Assembly (NCBI GenBank): GCA_965242725.1
Contig: CBDESZ010000018.1
Location: forward strand, 160,001-224,000
Direction of reading: 5' to 3'
DNA: 64,000 nucleotides
Source: Alkalispirochaeta sp.
Lineage (GTDB): Bacteria > Spirochaetota > Spirochaetia > DSM-27196 > Alkalispirochaetaceae
The notes under the pieces were generated by a model. That model was given only the letters and a program-made list of their open reading frames with translations. It was not told the DNA's origin and did not search any database. Of the stretch, positions 55,461-64,000 are shown one piece after another. Each line of letters begins with the position of its first letter. Position 1 is the stretch's first letter. The translations under genes and the position numbers were made by a program.

Positions 55461-57468
55461 CGGCAGCGGCGCGGCATTCCCATTGATTTTTATCCTCTCC
55501 TTCATCATTTCCACAGGATTCCTCTCCGCCCAGCAGGAGCATCCCATTGATCTCGTGCAAGAGGCACGGGGCTATCTCACCACCGCACGACAACGTCACG
55601 ACCGCGATCTCCTTGACCGTGCCGTCGAGACGGCACGACGCGCCCTTGAGGAGAACCGCCGTTTTGCGGAAGCTCATATCGTCCTGGGAGAAGCATTTCT
55701 CTGGCAGGGTACCTATGATCAGGCGGCGGAGCACCTTCAAAGGGCACGCAATCTCGGTGCCGACGATGTAACGCTCTCCCTTCTCGAAGGGCAGCTCGCC
55801 GTCATGGAAGGCCGTTTTTCAGACGCCGCCGCTCGATATGGCGCGGTATTGCGGGTTCAGCCGTACAATGAGGAAGCCCAGGTTGCAAATGCGCTCCTCA
55901 CCGCCGTAAACGGCCGTTTTGAACCGACGGAGCGGCAACTACAGCGTCTGGAGCAGCGGTACCCCCAGAATCGACGTCTGCTCATTGCCTTAATCGAAAT
56001 CGCCCGCCGACGCGGTAATGAAGCGGGTGAACGACGATATCTTGATCTGGCATTGCGGTACTTTGACGATGACGCGGCGGTGCAGCTTCTCGCCGCGGAG
56101 ACGGCGTATCGCGCAGGTGATTTCGACTCCGCCCAGTTTCACGGTCGCAACGCCGTATCGATTGCACCGGGACTCAAGGAAGGGTGGCTTGTCCTTGCGG
56201 AGTCGGCGCGAGAGCGCGGCGATTTTGAGGCAGCCCGTAATCACTACCAGACCCTCATTTCAATCGATCCCGACGACCACCGGGGGTGGTACGCCAGGGG
56301 CGTCGTCGCCGCCGAGGAAGGCAATCGGGAAACCGCGTTCCAGAGCTGGGACCGGGCGCTCGCGCTCCGTCCCGATTTTGAGCTCGCCCTGCTTGCGAAG
56401 GAACACTTTGCCATGGACCAATTGCCCCTGGAATCAGAGATCCGACGGAACCTCGCCGGGCGATACATACGATCCGGATCCGAACTGGAAGAGCGGTATC
56501 TCTTCCGTCAGGCGGAGCAATCCTATCGGCGGGGGCTTCAGCTCTATCCCTTTCAGCGGGAGCTCCGACTCCGTCTCGCCGAGCTATACCGCGGGCGGGG
56601 AATGTACGGGCGATATGTACAGGAGCTGCGCGTCATCGAGGAACTGGGAGAAGGGAATGAGACGGTGCGGGATACCCTGGAAAGCTTTGAGTCCCTCCGC
56701 CAGGACAGTATCGCCGCACGCTGGGAGATAGACCAGTTTACGATCGAACGACCGCGCACCGTTATATCCATACTGTACGGTTCTTCCGAATCCTTGATGG
56801 AACCCAACGGCGCAGAAGAAACGGCACGGTTTCTTGAAAGCCTTCTGTTCAGCTCACAGAACATCGAGGTGGCGGGATTGTATCAACGCAGCGGGCCGAG
56901 CAGGGCAGCCAATTTTACGGCGGCCCGACGGGACGGCGTCGATATGGTCGTGTCAATTACCGTATCGATGGAAGATCGGAGAATCGCCGTTTTCTATGAA
57001 GTACTGCCGCAGAGAGGTGTGGTGCCGATCGCGGAGGGCTCCGTATTCCGGTCGGGAAACGACAGGATACGAAATGCCGTCCGGGAGGTCGCCCGAAGGG
57101 TGGATGAACTGGTTCCGATTCAGGGATACGTCGTCGAACGACGCCCCTCACAGGCGATCATCGGTATCGGCGGCGTAGACGGACTTGAAGCGGGAGACCA
57201 TGTAGAGATTTTCACGACTCCCGACGACAGACCGCTTGGCCGGGCGGAGGTTCTTCAGGTGGACGATCTCGTCGCACTCATTTCCTGGAATCCCGATGGA
57301 CCCGATTTGCTTGGAATCGGTGATCGCGTCGTTTTTCAACCCGCCGATGAGAGCGAAGAGACGGAACAGGCAGAAGGTGAGTCCGGCACGCGTGAGGTAA
57401 TCGTTCCCGAGGACAGCGCGCCCCCTGAAGCGGCAAGCCTCCTGCGCCGGCTGTTCCGGCTTCCCTGA
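55450..57468 (+). CDS. Large exported TPR-repeat protein
   Basis: Signal peptide and multiple TPR motifs; start GTG 55450 or ATG 55432. Confidence 0.8.
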   Translation: MNRNGSGAAFPLIFILSFIISTGFLSAQQEHPIDLVQEARGYLTTARQRHDRDLLDRAVETARRALEENRRFAEAHIVLGEAFLWQGTYDQAAEHLQRARNLGADDVTLSLLEGQLAVMEGRFSDAAARYGAVLRVQPYNEEAQVANALLTAVNGRFEPTERQLQRLEQRYPQNRRLLIALIEIARRRGNEAGERRYLDLALRYFDDDAAVQLLAAETAYRAGDFDSAQFHGRNAVSIAPGLKEGWLVLAESARERGDFEAARNHYQTLISIDPDDHRGWYARGVVAAEEGNRETAFQSWDRALALRPDFELALLAKEHFAMDQLPLESEIRRNLAGRYIRSGSELEERYLFRQAEQSYRRGLQLYPFQRELRLRLAELYRGRGMYGRYVQELRVIEELGEGNETVRDTLESFESLRQDSIAARWEIDQFTIERPRTVISILYGSSESLMEPNGAEETARFLESLLFSSQNIEVAGLYQRSGPSRAANFTAARRDGVDMVVSITVSMEDRRIAVFYEVLPQRGVVPIAEGSVFRSGNDRIRNAVREVARRVDELVPIQGYVVERRPSQAIIGIGGVDGLEAGDHVEIFTTPDDRPLGRAEVLQVDDLVALISWNPDGPDLLGIGDRVVFQPADESEETEQAEGESGTREVIVPEDSAPPEAASLLRRLFRLP

Positions 57469-57474
57469 CGCCGA

Positions 57475-57532
57475 TTGACATCACAGATGGCTTTCTCTAT
57501 AGTTTGCACGATCACCCCCAATTTTTAGGAGG
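57475..57532 (+). promoter_or_regulatory. Near-consensus sigma70 promoter and RBS of gap
   Basis: TTGACA(57475-80), 17 nt, TATAGT(57498-503); AGGAGG about 8 nt before ATG. Confidence 0.8.
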
Positions 57533-57540
57533 CAAATAGT

Positions 57541-58542
57541 ATGAAAATTGCAATTAACGGTTTTGGTCGTATTGGACGAAATGTCTTTAAAATTGCGCTC
57601 GAAAAGGGTGTCGAAGTCGTTGCACTCAATGATCTTACCGATACAAAAACACTTGCACATCTGCTCAAGTACGATTCCACTCAGGGTCGATTCGACGGAA
57701 CCGTTGAGTACGACGATGAAGGAATTATCGTTAACGGGAAGAAATACAAGGTCTGTTCCGAGCGGAATCCCGCCAATATCCCCTGGGGAGATGCACCGGA
57801 CGTAGTAATCGAATCCACCGGTATCTTCACCAAGCGAGAAAGCGAAAAGGGCGGCTACGGTGATCACCTGAAGAACGCGAAGTATCCCGCCAAGAAAGTC
57901 ATTCTTACCGTTCCTGCAAAGGACAAGATCGACAACATGATCGTCCTCGGCGTGAACGATGGTGATCTGAAACCCACCGATACATGCGTTTCCAATGCAA
58001 GCTGCACCACAAACTGTCTCGCCCCGGTCGCAAAGGTACTGGATGACGAGTTCGGGATTGTTGAAGGTTTCATGACGACGGTCCACAGCTACACAAACGA
58101 TCAGGTAACTCTGGATGGCCCCCACAAGGACCTCCGTCGCGCCCGGTCCGCCGCAGTTTCAATCATTCCCACGACGACCGGTGCCGCCCGGGCGGTAGGC
58201 AAGGTGCTTCCCAAGCTCAACGGAAAACTCGACGGCGTCGCCATGCGTGTACCCACGCCGACCGGCTCGATCGTCGACCTGGTCGTTGACGTCGAGAAGG
58301 ACGTTACCGTTGAAGCCGTCAACAAGGCTATGAAAAAGGCCGCTGAAGGTCCGCTGAAGGGTATTCTCGAGTACACGGAAGACCCCATCGTATCGGTTGA
58401 TATCATTCACAATACCCACAGTTCAATCTTCGATGCCCAGAGCACGATGGTGATCGGGAAAAAAGTGAAAATATTTTCCTGGTACGACAACGAGTGGGGT
58501 TACAGCTCCCGCGTTGTAGAACTGGCGCAGAAGCTGGTTTAA
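57541..58542 (+). CDS. gap: Glyceraldehyde-3-phosphate dehydrogenase (type I)
   Basis: [30 protein letters not shown]. Confidence 0.98.
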   Translation: MKIAINGFGRIGRNVFKIALEKGVEVVALNDLTDTKTLAHLLKYDSTQGRFDGTVEYDDEGIIVNGKKYKVCSERNPANIPWGDAPDVVIESTGIFTKRESEKGGYGDHLKNAKYPAKKVILTVPAKDKIDNMIVLGVNDGDLKPTDTCVSNASCTTNCLAPVAKVLDDEFGIVEGFMTTVHSYTNDQVTLDGPHKDLRRARSAAVSIIPTTTGAARAVGKVLPKLNGKLDGVAMRVPTPTGSIVDLVVDVEKDVTVEAVNKAMKKAAEGPLKGILEYTEDPIVSVDIIHNTHSSIFDAQSTMVIGKKVKIFSWYDNEWGYSSRVVELAQKLV

Positions 58543-58562
58543 CCTTTTCCCTGATATCGGTC

Positions 58563-58592
58563 GGCCCGGATCGCGATGGATCCGGGCCTTTT
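58563..58592 (+). terminator. Hairpin with T-tract between gap and pgk (partial terminator or stabiliser)
   Basis: GGCCCGGATC-gcgatg-GATCCGGGCC-TTTT. Confidence 0.75.
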
Positions 58593-58617
58593 GACGTACT
58601 ATAAGGGAGGAACCGCA

Positions 58618-59802
58618 ATGAAACTACGAACACTCAAGGACGTCGCCATTACGGGCAAGCGCGTACTCATGCGCGCCGACTTCAACGTTCCCGTCAAGGA
58701 TGGTGTAATCACCGACGACACCCGGATCCAGGCTGCCATGGAATCCATCAATTACATCCTGAATCAGGGTGCGTCATTGATTCTGATGAGCCACCTCGGA
58801 CGTCCAAAGGGCGAACGAAAGGAAGAGTACAGCCTCGCTCCGGTTGCGAAGCGTCTCTCCGAACTGCTCGGACGGGAAGTTATCATGGCCGACGACGTAA
58901 TCGGCCGGAGCGTGAGCACCCGTGCGGCGGAGCTGACGCCCGGAGATGTCATGCTTCTCGAAAACGTCCGCTATTACAAAGAAGAAACAGACAACGACGC
59001 CGCCTTTGCGGAACAACTTGCCAAACTGGCCGACGTCTTTGTAAACGACGCTTTCGGCACGGCCCATCGCGCGCACGCGTCGACGGAAGGCGTCACAAAA
59101 TTCCTGCCGTCATGTGCGGGTTTCCTCATCGAAAAAGAAGTTTCCTTCTTCCAGCCGATTCTGGACAATCCGGAAAAGCCGATGGTTGCCGTTATCGGTG
59201 GAGCCAAGGTGTCTTCAAAGATTGCCGTCCTCGAGAGTCTATTGCCGAACTGCGCCGGATTCATTATCGGCGGCGGTATGGCATATACCTTCCTGAAGGC
59301 ACAGGGGTATGAAACGGGTAAGAGCCTCCTGGAAGAGGAATACCTGGAAACGGCGCGCAAATTCCTCGATGCGGCGAAAAAGCGGGGAACCGAAATCATT
59401 TTGCCCGTCGACCACGTCGTCGCCGCGGAGTTTGACGCGGCGGCAAAACCGGAATCCGTTGATTCCGTGGAAATACCCGTCGATCGCCTCGCCATGGATA
59501 TCGGCCCCAGAACGATTGCGGCGGCAAAGAAGGCCATCGCCGCGGCGCGCACAATCGTCTGGAACGGTCCGATGGGTGTATTCGAGTTTGACAATTTTTC
59601 AGGCGGTACAAAGGAGATTGCCCAGGCGATCGCCGATTCTTCAGCCATTACCGTCGTCGGCGGAGGCGACTCCGTTGCGGCGACAAACAAGTTCGGCCTC
59701 GCCGACAAGATGGACCACGTTTCCACCGGTGGAGGCGCCTCCCTGGAGTTTCTCGAAGGGAAGTCACTGCCGGGCATTATCGCCTTACAGGAAGGAGCAT
59801 AA
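58618..59802 (+). CDS. pgk: Phosphoglycerate kinase
   Basis: [44 protein letters not shown]. Confidence 0.98.
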   Translation: MKLRTLKDVAITGKRVLMRADFNVPVKDGVITDDTRIQAAMESINYILNQGASLILMSHLGRPKGERKEEYSLAPVAKRLSELLGREVIMADDVIGRSVSTRAAELTPGDVMLLENVRYYKEETDNDAAFAEQLAKLADVFVNDAFGTAHRAHASTEGVTKFLPSCAGFLIEKEVSFFQPILDNPEKPMVAVIGGAKVSSKIAVLESLLPNCAGFIIGGGMAYTFLKAQGYETGKSLLEEEYLETARKFLDAAKKRGTEIILPVDHVVAAEFDAAAKPESVDSVEIPVDRLAMDIGPRTIAAAKKAIAAARTIVWNGPMGVFEFDNFSGGTKEIAQAIADSSAITVVGGGDSVAATNKFGLADKMDHVSTGGGASLEFLEGKSLPGIIALQEGA

Positions 59803-59804
59803 CT

Positions 59805-60557
59805 ATGCGTCGACCATACATTGCGGGTAACTGGAAAATGCACATGACCCGGAAGGAAGCGGAGTCATTAGCCCAGGCAATTCGGGGGCAGCTTTCCGGT
59901 GTTTCCCATCGATTACTGGTGGCACCGAGTTTCACCCTCATAGAGAGCGTTGCCCGCGTTCTTTCAGGGTCCAACGTGGAAGTGGCCGCCCAGAATATGG
60001 CCGCCGCCCGTGACGGGGCCCATACCGGGGAGGTCTCGCCCCTGATGGTCAAGGATGCCGGCGCCACGTCGGTCATTCTCGGACACTCCGAGCGCCGTCA
60101 CGTCTACGGCGAATCGGATCAGCTCATAAACGAAAAAGTTCTTCTCGCCCTTGATGAGGGACTGGAGATCATCCTCTGCATCGGTGAGACTCTTGAAGAA
60201 CGGGAGTCGGGTCGCGTTGACGACGTCAACAGACGGCAGCTTTCGACGGCACTTCAGGGCGTATCTGCAGACCGTATGGGAAAGATCACCGTCGCCTACG
60301 AGCCCGTCTGGGCCATCGGAACGGGAAAGACCGCAACACCCGAGGACGCTGATTCCGTACACGCCGCCGTACGCGGTATTCTTTCAGATCTGTACGACCG
60401 TGATATTGCGGAAAAGATGGTTATCCAATATGGTGGTTCGGTAAAACCGGATAACGTAAAGGGCCTGATGGCCAAGGAAAATATCGACGGAGCCCTCGTT
60501 GGAGGTGCATCATTGAAGGTCGATACGTTTGTTCCGATTGCACAATTCGATAAATAG
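59805..60557 (+). CDS. tpiA: Triosephosphate isomerase
   Basis: AGNWKM, GHSERR, AYEPVWAIGTG, YGGSV, LVGGASL. Confidence 0.98.
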   Translation: MRRPYIAGNWKMHMTRKEAESLAQAIRGQLSGVSHRLLVAPSFTLIESVARVLSGSNVEVAAQNMAAARDGAHTGEVSPLMVKDAGATSVILGHSERRHVYGESDQLINEKVLLALDEGLEIILCIGETLEERESGRVDDVNRRQLSTALQGVSADRMGKITVAYEPVWAIGTGKTATPEDADSVHAAVRGILSDLYDRDIAEKMVIQYGGSVKPDNVKGLMAKENIDGALVGGASLKVDTFVPIAQFDK

Positions 60558-60569
60558 GCAGAGGTTTTC

Positions 60570-60911
60570 ATGGGTTTTCTTGGTATTGTGTTGATGATCA
60601 TTTTTGTTGTCAGCTCGTTGTTGCTCATTCTGATCGTTCTTCTTCAGGATGAGGGAGGTGACGGTTTAGGTGGAATTTTCGGGGGCGGAGCGGCTTCACA
60701 GGTCGGCAACCGGAGCGGAAACATTCTCACGAAAATAACGAGCGTTCTCGCGGCTGTTTTTCTCCTCAGCTCCTTCGGGCTTGCATGGCTCAACCGCACA
60801 CCCAACACCGGGGACGTAGAGGCCGCGGCTCGCCGGCTGGAAGCAAATTCCGGAGACAGCTCCGTCGAATGGTGGGTCGTGGAAGACGGGGAAGAACAAA
60901 CGGAAGAGTAA
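60570..60911 (+). CDS. secG: Preprotein translocase subunit SecG
   Basis: Two TM helices flanking LLQ..GLGGIFGG, LTKIT; follows tpiA. Confidence 0.92.
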   Translation: MGFLGIVLMIIFVVSSLLLILIVLLQDEGGDGLGGIFGGGAASQVGNRSGNILTKITSVLAAVFLLSSFGLAWLNRTPNTGDVEAAARRLEANSGDSSVEWWVVEDGEEQTEE

Positions 60912-60912
60912 C

Positions 60913-61329
60913 ATGCGCGTGGCGGTTGTGTTCTTTTCAGATACCGCAAACACTCGAATTGCCGGGATAGCTCGTGGAGTTGTGTCGGGAATCGAAAAAA
61001 ACGGACATCACGTCGACCTCATCGACGGCATGAGGGACATATCCCGAAAACTGACGCCCTACGAGTACATCGCCGTCGGTGGTGTTGGCGTCTCTTTTTT
61101 TGGCGGAAAGATTTCCCCAAAGATTCGGGAGTATCTCTCGCAGGCCGGCATTATCGGCGGAAAAAAGTCCTTCGCCTTCACGACAACCCGTCCCGTGGGT
61201 GCGCAAAAGGTATTGCGGTCAATCATGGCCGCAATGGAACATGAAGGCATGTTTGTCCGTTATTCCGAAATTATTCGGTCTCCCGTCGAAGCGGAACTGG
61301 TTGGAAAACGACTTAAATTAGACCATTGA
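60913..61329 (+). CDS. Flavodoxin-like fold hypothetical protein
   Basis: MRVAVVFFS..NT..IA, YEYIAVG, GKKSFAF pattern. Confidence 0.6.
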   Translation: MRVAVVFFSDTANTRIAGIARGVVSGIEKNGHHVDLIDGMRDISRKLTPYEYIAVGGVGVSFFGGKISPKIREYLSQAGIIGGKKSFAFTTTRPVGAQKVLRSIMAAMEHEGMFVRYSEIIRSPVEAELVGKRLKLDH

Positions 61330-62126
61330 GCAATTATTACACAATCCTTGGCGTACATCCCGACGCAAGCCGGGAAGAGATTCGCAACGCCTATCGCAGA
61401 CAAGTCAAAGCGGTACACCCCGACGTCCACAACGGCGATCCGGGGAGCGTCGAGCGGATGAAAGCGGTCGTCCTTGCCTGGGAGGTTTTAAGTGATGAAA
61501 CCCGCCGGGAAGATTACGATCGCATCCACGGTATTCATAGCGACGGGCCCATTGAGTTTGACTACGCCGAGTTTCTCCGGTCACGCCGGGACGATCAGGA
61601 ATCCCAGTCGAGGCTCGTATTTTACGACCTCCTCCACGACAATCCCGACGAAGCACTTGAAATATACGATACCCTCGTCGCGACGGGAGATTTTGAACTT
61701 TCCGCCTATCTGGGCAGGGAAGATTTCATGGACTGCGCCTTTCTTCTCGCAGAAGAGTATGAAGCACGGGATGATTACCAGCGCGCCTTTCTTCTCCTTT
61801 CGGCGATTGTCCGTTTTGAAAGGCAGAAGCCGTATTTCCGCCATTTCATGGCCGACGTCTATGAACGTTTACGCAACATCGTCTGTTTCAAGATGGTTGA
61901 GCGGGAGTCCTCGGAGGTTGTCCTTTATCATATCCATCAAATGATCGACTGGGACCTGCCCAAACGGGACACCGCGTTCTGCTACAAGAAGGCGGCGGAG
62001 CTCTACCTGCAGGAAGGGGACCGTCGAAAGGCGTATCGTTACCTCCAGCGGGCACTATCCATCGACCAGCGCCTCGCCGGTATAAAGAAGCTGCAACAGG
62101 AGCTCGGATATTTCGAGACTGCATGA
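61326..62126 (+). CDS. J-domain protein with C-terminal TPR-like helices
   Basis: NYYTILGV..EIRNAYR..HPD..WEVLSD..R..YD. Confidence 0.88.
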   Translation: MSNYYTILGVHPDASREEIRNAYRRQVKAVHPDVHNGDPGSVERMKAVVLAWEVLSDETRREDYDRIHGIHSDGPIEFDYAEFLRSRRDDQESQSRLVFYDLLHDNPDEALEIYDTLVATGDFELSAYLGREDFMDCAFLLAEEYEARDDYQRAFLLLSAIVRFERQKPYFRHFMADVYERLRNIVCFKMVERESSEVVLYHIHQMIDWDLPKRDTAFCYKKAAELYLQEGDRRKAYRYLQRALSIDQRLAGIKKLQQELGYFETA

Positions 62127-62139
62127 TAAGGTAGAGAAT

Positions 62140-63201
62140 ATGATCACAAAGTTACACGGAAGAGGATTACGACGGGTCGTTTCAGTCGCGACAATGATGA
62201 TCGTTCTACAGCTCTCTGTCTTCGGGCAGGTCCTTGATCGTCCCGTCGCAGTCGTGCGGCTCCATCAGACTGTCAATATCGGCCAGCGTCAGCTTCGGCA
62301 GGATGTTGAATTGATAGAGCGACAGGCCGGCCGAAGCCTTTCCCAGTCGGAAAGACAGGAGCTTCTGGAGGAGCGCATCAACGGTGAACTCCTCTCCCAG
62401 GCGGCGGCACGGGCAAACATACAGGTTGCGCAGGAAGAAATTCAGCAGGCAATAGCCGCACAGCGGCAGGCGTTGGGCCAGCCCGTAACGGACAGTCAAT
62501 TCCGTCAACTGGTTGAGAACCAGATGGGTCTTACCTGGGACGCCTTTCTTGAAGAAATCCGGGACAGGCTGGTACAGGAAAAATTTGTACTTGAGCGGTC
62601 ACAGAGCCGATTCAGTGAAATACCGCAACCGACGGCCGAAGAGATACGCTTCGTCTATGAAACAAATGCGCAGGAGTTCTTCAACCCGCTGATGGTGCGA
62701 TTTGACCATCTCTTTTTCGATACCCGAAACAAGAACGACGGGGAGATTCGTGCCCTTCGTGAAAAGGCGACAAACATGGCCCGTCGTCTGAGCCGGGGAA
62801 CGGTACAGTATGATGCGCTCATGCGGGAGAGCCTCGATGATGTTTCCTATTCGGGAGGCGATTTCGGCTATCTCATTAACGGCGACCAGCAGACGCTGCA
62901 ACGTCTTGGTCGCGGATTTGTGGAAAAAGCCTTTCGCCTGGACGAAGGCGCCGTCTCGGGAGTCATTGAAAGCAATGTGGGTTTACACATTCTCCGGATT
63001 ACCAATCGCCGTCCGCCACGATTACCCGGACTGAACGATCCTGTCATGCCGGGGGAGGGAACAACCGTGCGTCAGCAGGTGGAGGCGTTCCTGGTCAATC
63101 AGAAACAGCAGCAGATATTCGAGGAGACCGTTGCTTCGGTCGTTCAGGAACTTCGTCGGGAGGCGGATATCACCCGGTATCCCGAGAGACTTAACTGGTA
63201 G
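62140..63201 (+). CDS. SurA/PrsA-like periplasmic chaperone / parvulin PPIase
   Basis: Signal peptide, SurA-N-like helices, GGDFGYL, VSGVIESNVGLHIL. Confidence 0.8.
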   Translation: MITKLHGRGLRRVVSVATMMIVLQLSVFGQVLDRPVAVVRLHQTVNIGQRQLRQDVELIERQAGRSLSQSERQELLEERINGELLSQAAARANIQVAQEEIQQAIAAQRQALGQPVTDSQFRQLVENQMGLTWDAFLEEIRDRLVQEKFVLERSQSRFSEIPQPTAEEIRFVYETNAQEFFNPLMVRFDHLFFDTRNKNDGEIRALREKATNMARRLSRGTVQYDALMRESLDDVSYSGGDFGYLINGDQQTLQRLGRGFVEKAFRLDEGAVSGVIESNVGLHILRITNRRPPRLPGLNDPVMPGEGTTVRQQVEAFLVNQKQQQIFEETVASVVQELRREADITRYPERLNW

Positions 63202-63204
63202 TCC

Positions 63205-63612
63205 ATGGCATCGAGACGTAAGAGCCGCAGATTGGCGGTTCAGGGGCTATACAGCTGGGATGTCGGAAAAACCGACCTGATCCGTATTCTCGCCTTTGAC
63301 TGGATTGAGGAAACCGGCGCAGGAGAAACCGATTTTGCCCGTCTGTTGATACAGGGAACGATCGAAGCGATCGAGACGATCGATTCGCTGATTCAAAGCC
63401 ATTTGGAACACTGGGATATCGCGCGCCTCCACCGGGTGGATCTGGCGATACTTCGGGTGAGCACCTACAGCCTCCGCTATCAGCCGGACATTCCGGCCCA
63501 CGTCACGATAGACGAGGCGGTGGAGCTGGCCAAAGAACTTTCCACCGATGACGCCTTTCGCTTCATAAACGGCGTCCTTGACGGCATACGCAAACAGATC
63601 GGGAGTTCCTGA
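63205..63612 (+). CDS. nusB: Transcription antitermination factor NusB
   Basis: RRKSRRLAVQGLY, VDLAILR, IDEAVELAK, FINGVLD. Confidence 0.96.
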   Translation: MASRRKSRRLAVQGLYSWDVGKTDLIRILAFDWIEETGAGETDFARLLIQGTIEAIETIDSLIQSHLEHWDIARLHRVDLAILRVSTYSLRYQPDIPAHVTIDEAVELAKELSTDDAFRFINGVLDGIRKQIGSS

Positions 63613-64000
63613 GTGTCACGACGACGATCAGTTTTCTGGCTGGTTATCGGCCTTCTTGTCGCCGGTTCGTCGTCATACTTCATTACAGTCTCTATACAAC
63701 GCATACGTGCGGGAGTGCTCTTTGCCCGGGCGATGACCCGATTGGAGCGGGACGGTGCCACCGACGAAGCCCTTGCGGATGCGGCACGCTTCGCTCGCCG
63801 AACCGACGAATGGCGCCGCCTTGTCGCCATCGCGTGGCGGCTTGAAGACGATCGTCGGTGGCCCAACGTCGCGGAACTCGCCCTCGTTGCAGCGCACCGT
63901 CTTCCCCGGGACGACATATGGAAGTACACAGCGGCATTTGCCCTCATGCGTATCGGGCGGTTTGACGAAGCCGGGGAGATAACCGCTTCGGCCGACACCG
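63613..64000 (+). CDS. Membrane-anchored helical/TPR-like protein, truncated by the window end
   Basis: Hand translation from GTG 63613 gives MSRRRSVFWLVIGLLVAGSSSYFITVSIQRIRAGVLFARAM...; no stop seen in the part read. Confidence 0.6.
   Translation, partial: MSRRRSVFWLVIGLLVAGSSSYFITVSIQRIRAGVLFARAMTRLERDGATDEALADAARFARRTDEWRRLVAIAWRLEDDRRWPNVAELALVAAHRLPRDDIWKYTAAFALMRIGRFDEAGEITASADT

Noticed and set aside
1..64000. CRISPR arrays, rRNA, intact IS elements, toxin-antitoxin or defence systems
   Set aside because: No spaced direct repeats, transposase motifs or matching protein signatures seen; intergenic gaps are too short outside the tRNA islet

Overview
A gene-dense, GC-rich chromosomal segment of a free-living-type spirochaete. 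The taxonomy is inferred from spirochaete-style gene order and proteins: gap-pgk-tpiA-secG-J-domain-SurA-nusB, uvrA-lptD-phoH-ybeY-corC, and an E-C-A-B-D-I-K V-ATPase. Most of the window is housekeeping: mfd, trmB, citrate synthase, two tandem EF-G paralogs, tRNA-Val(TAC), M18 aminopeptidase, glnS, ilvB-ilvN-leuC-leuD-ilvD, crtB-crtE, pdxS-pdxT with divergent yggS, rluD, murI-rsgA-mutS2, a probably Na+-coupled V-ATPase, uvrA, lptD and glycolysis genes. The only clear accessory DNA is about 2.5 kb after tRNA-Val, holding a decayed tyrosine integrase and two orphan lipoproteins. Eight frame breaks occur in conserved genes (mfd, gltA x2, crtB, crtE, pdxT, pdxS x2). They fall in two patches, often at G/C runs, and are most likely assembly errors. 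The most interesting observations are two adjacent EF-G paralogs that have lost complementary motifs, two apparent pseudo-enzymes (metallophosphoesterase fold and MBL fold), a SAP-like motif on LptD, and repeated leaderless-type promoter geometry. I found no CRISPR array, defence system or intact mobile element, and no multi-gene novel system that I can support strongly.
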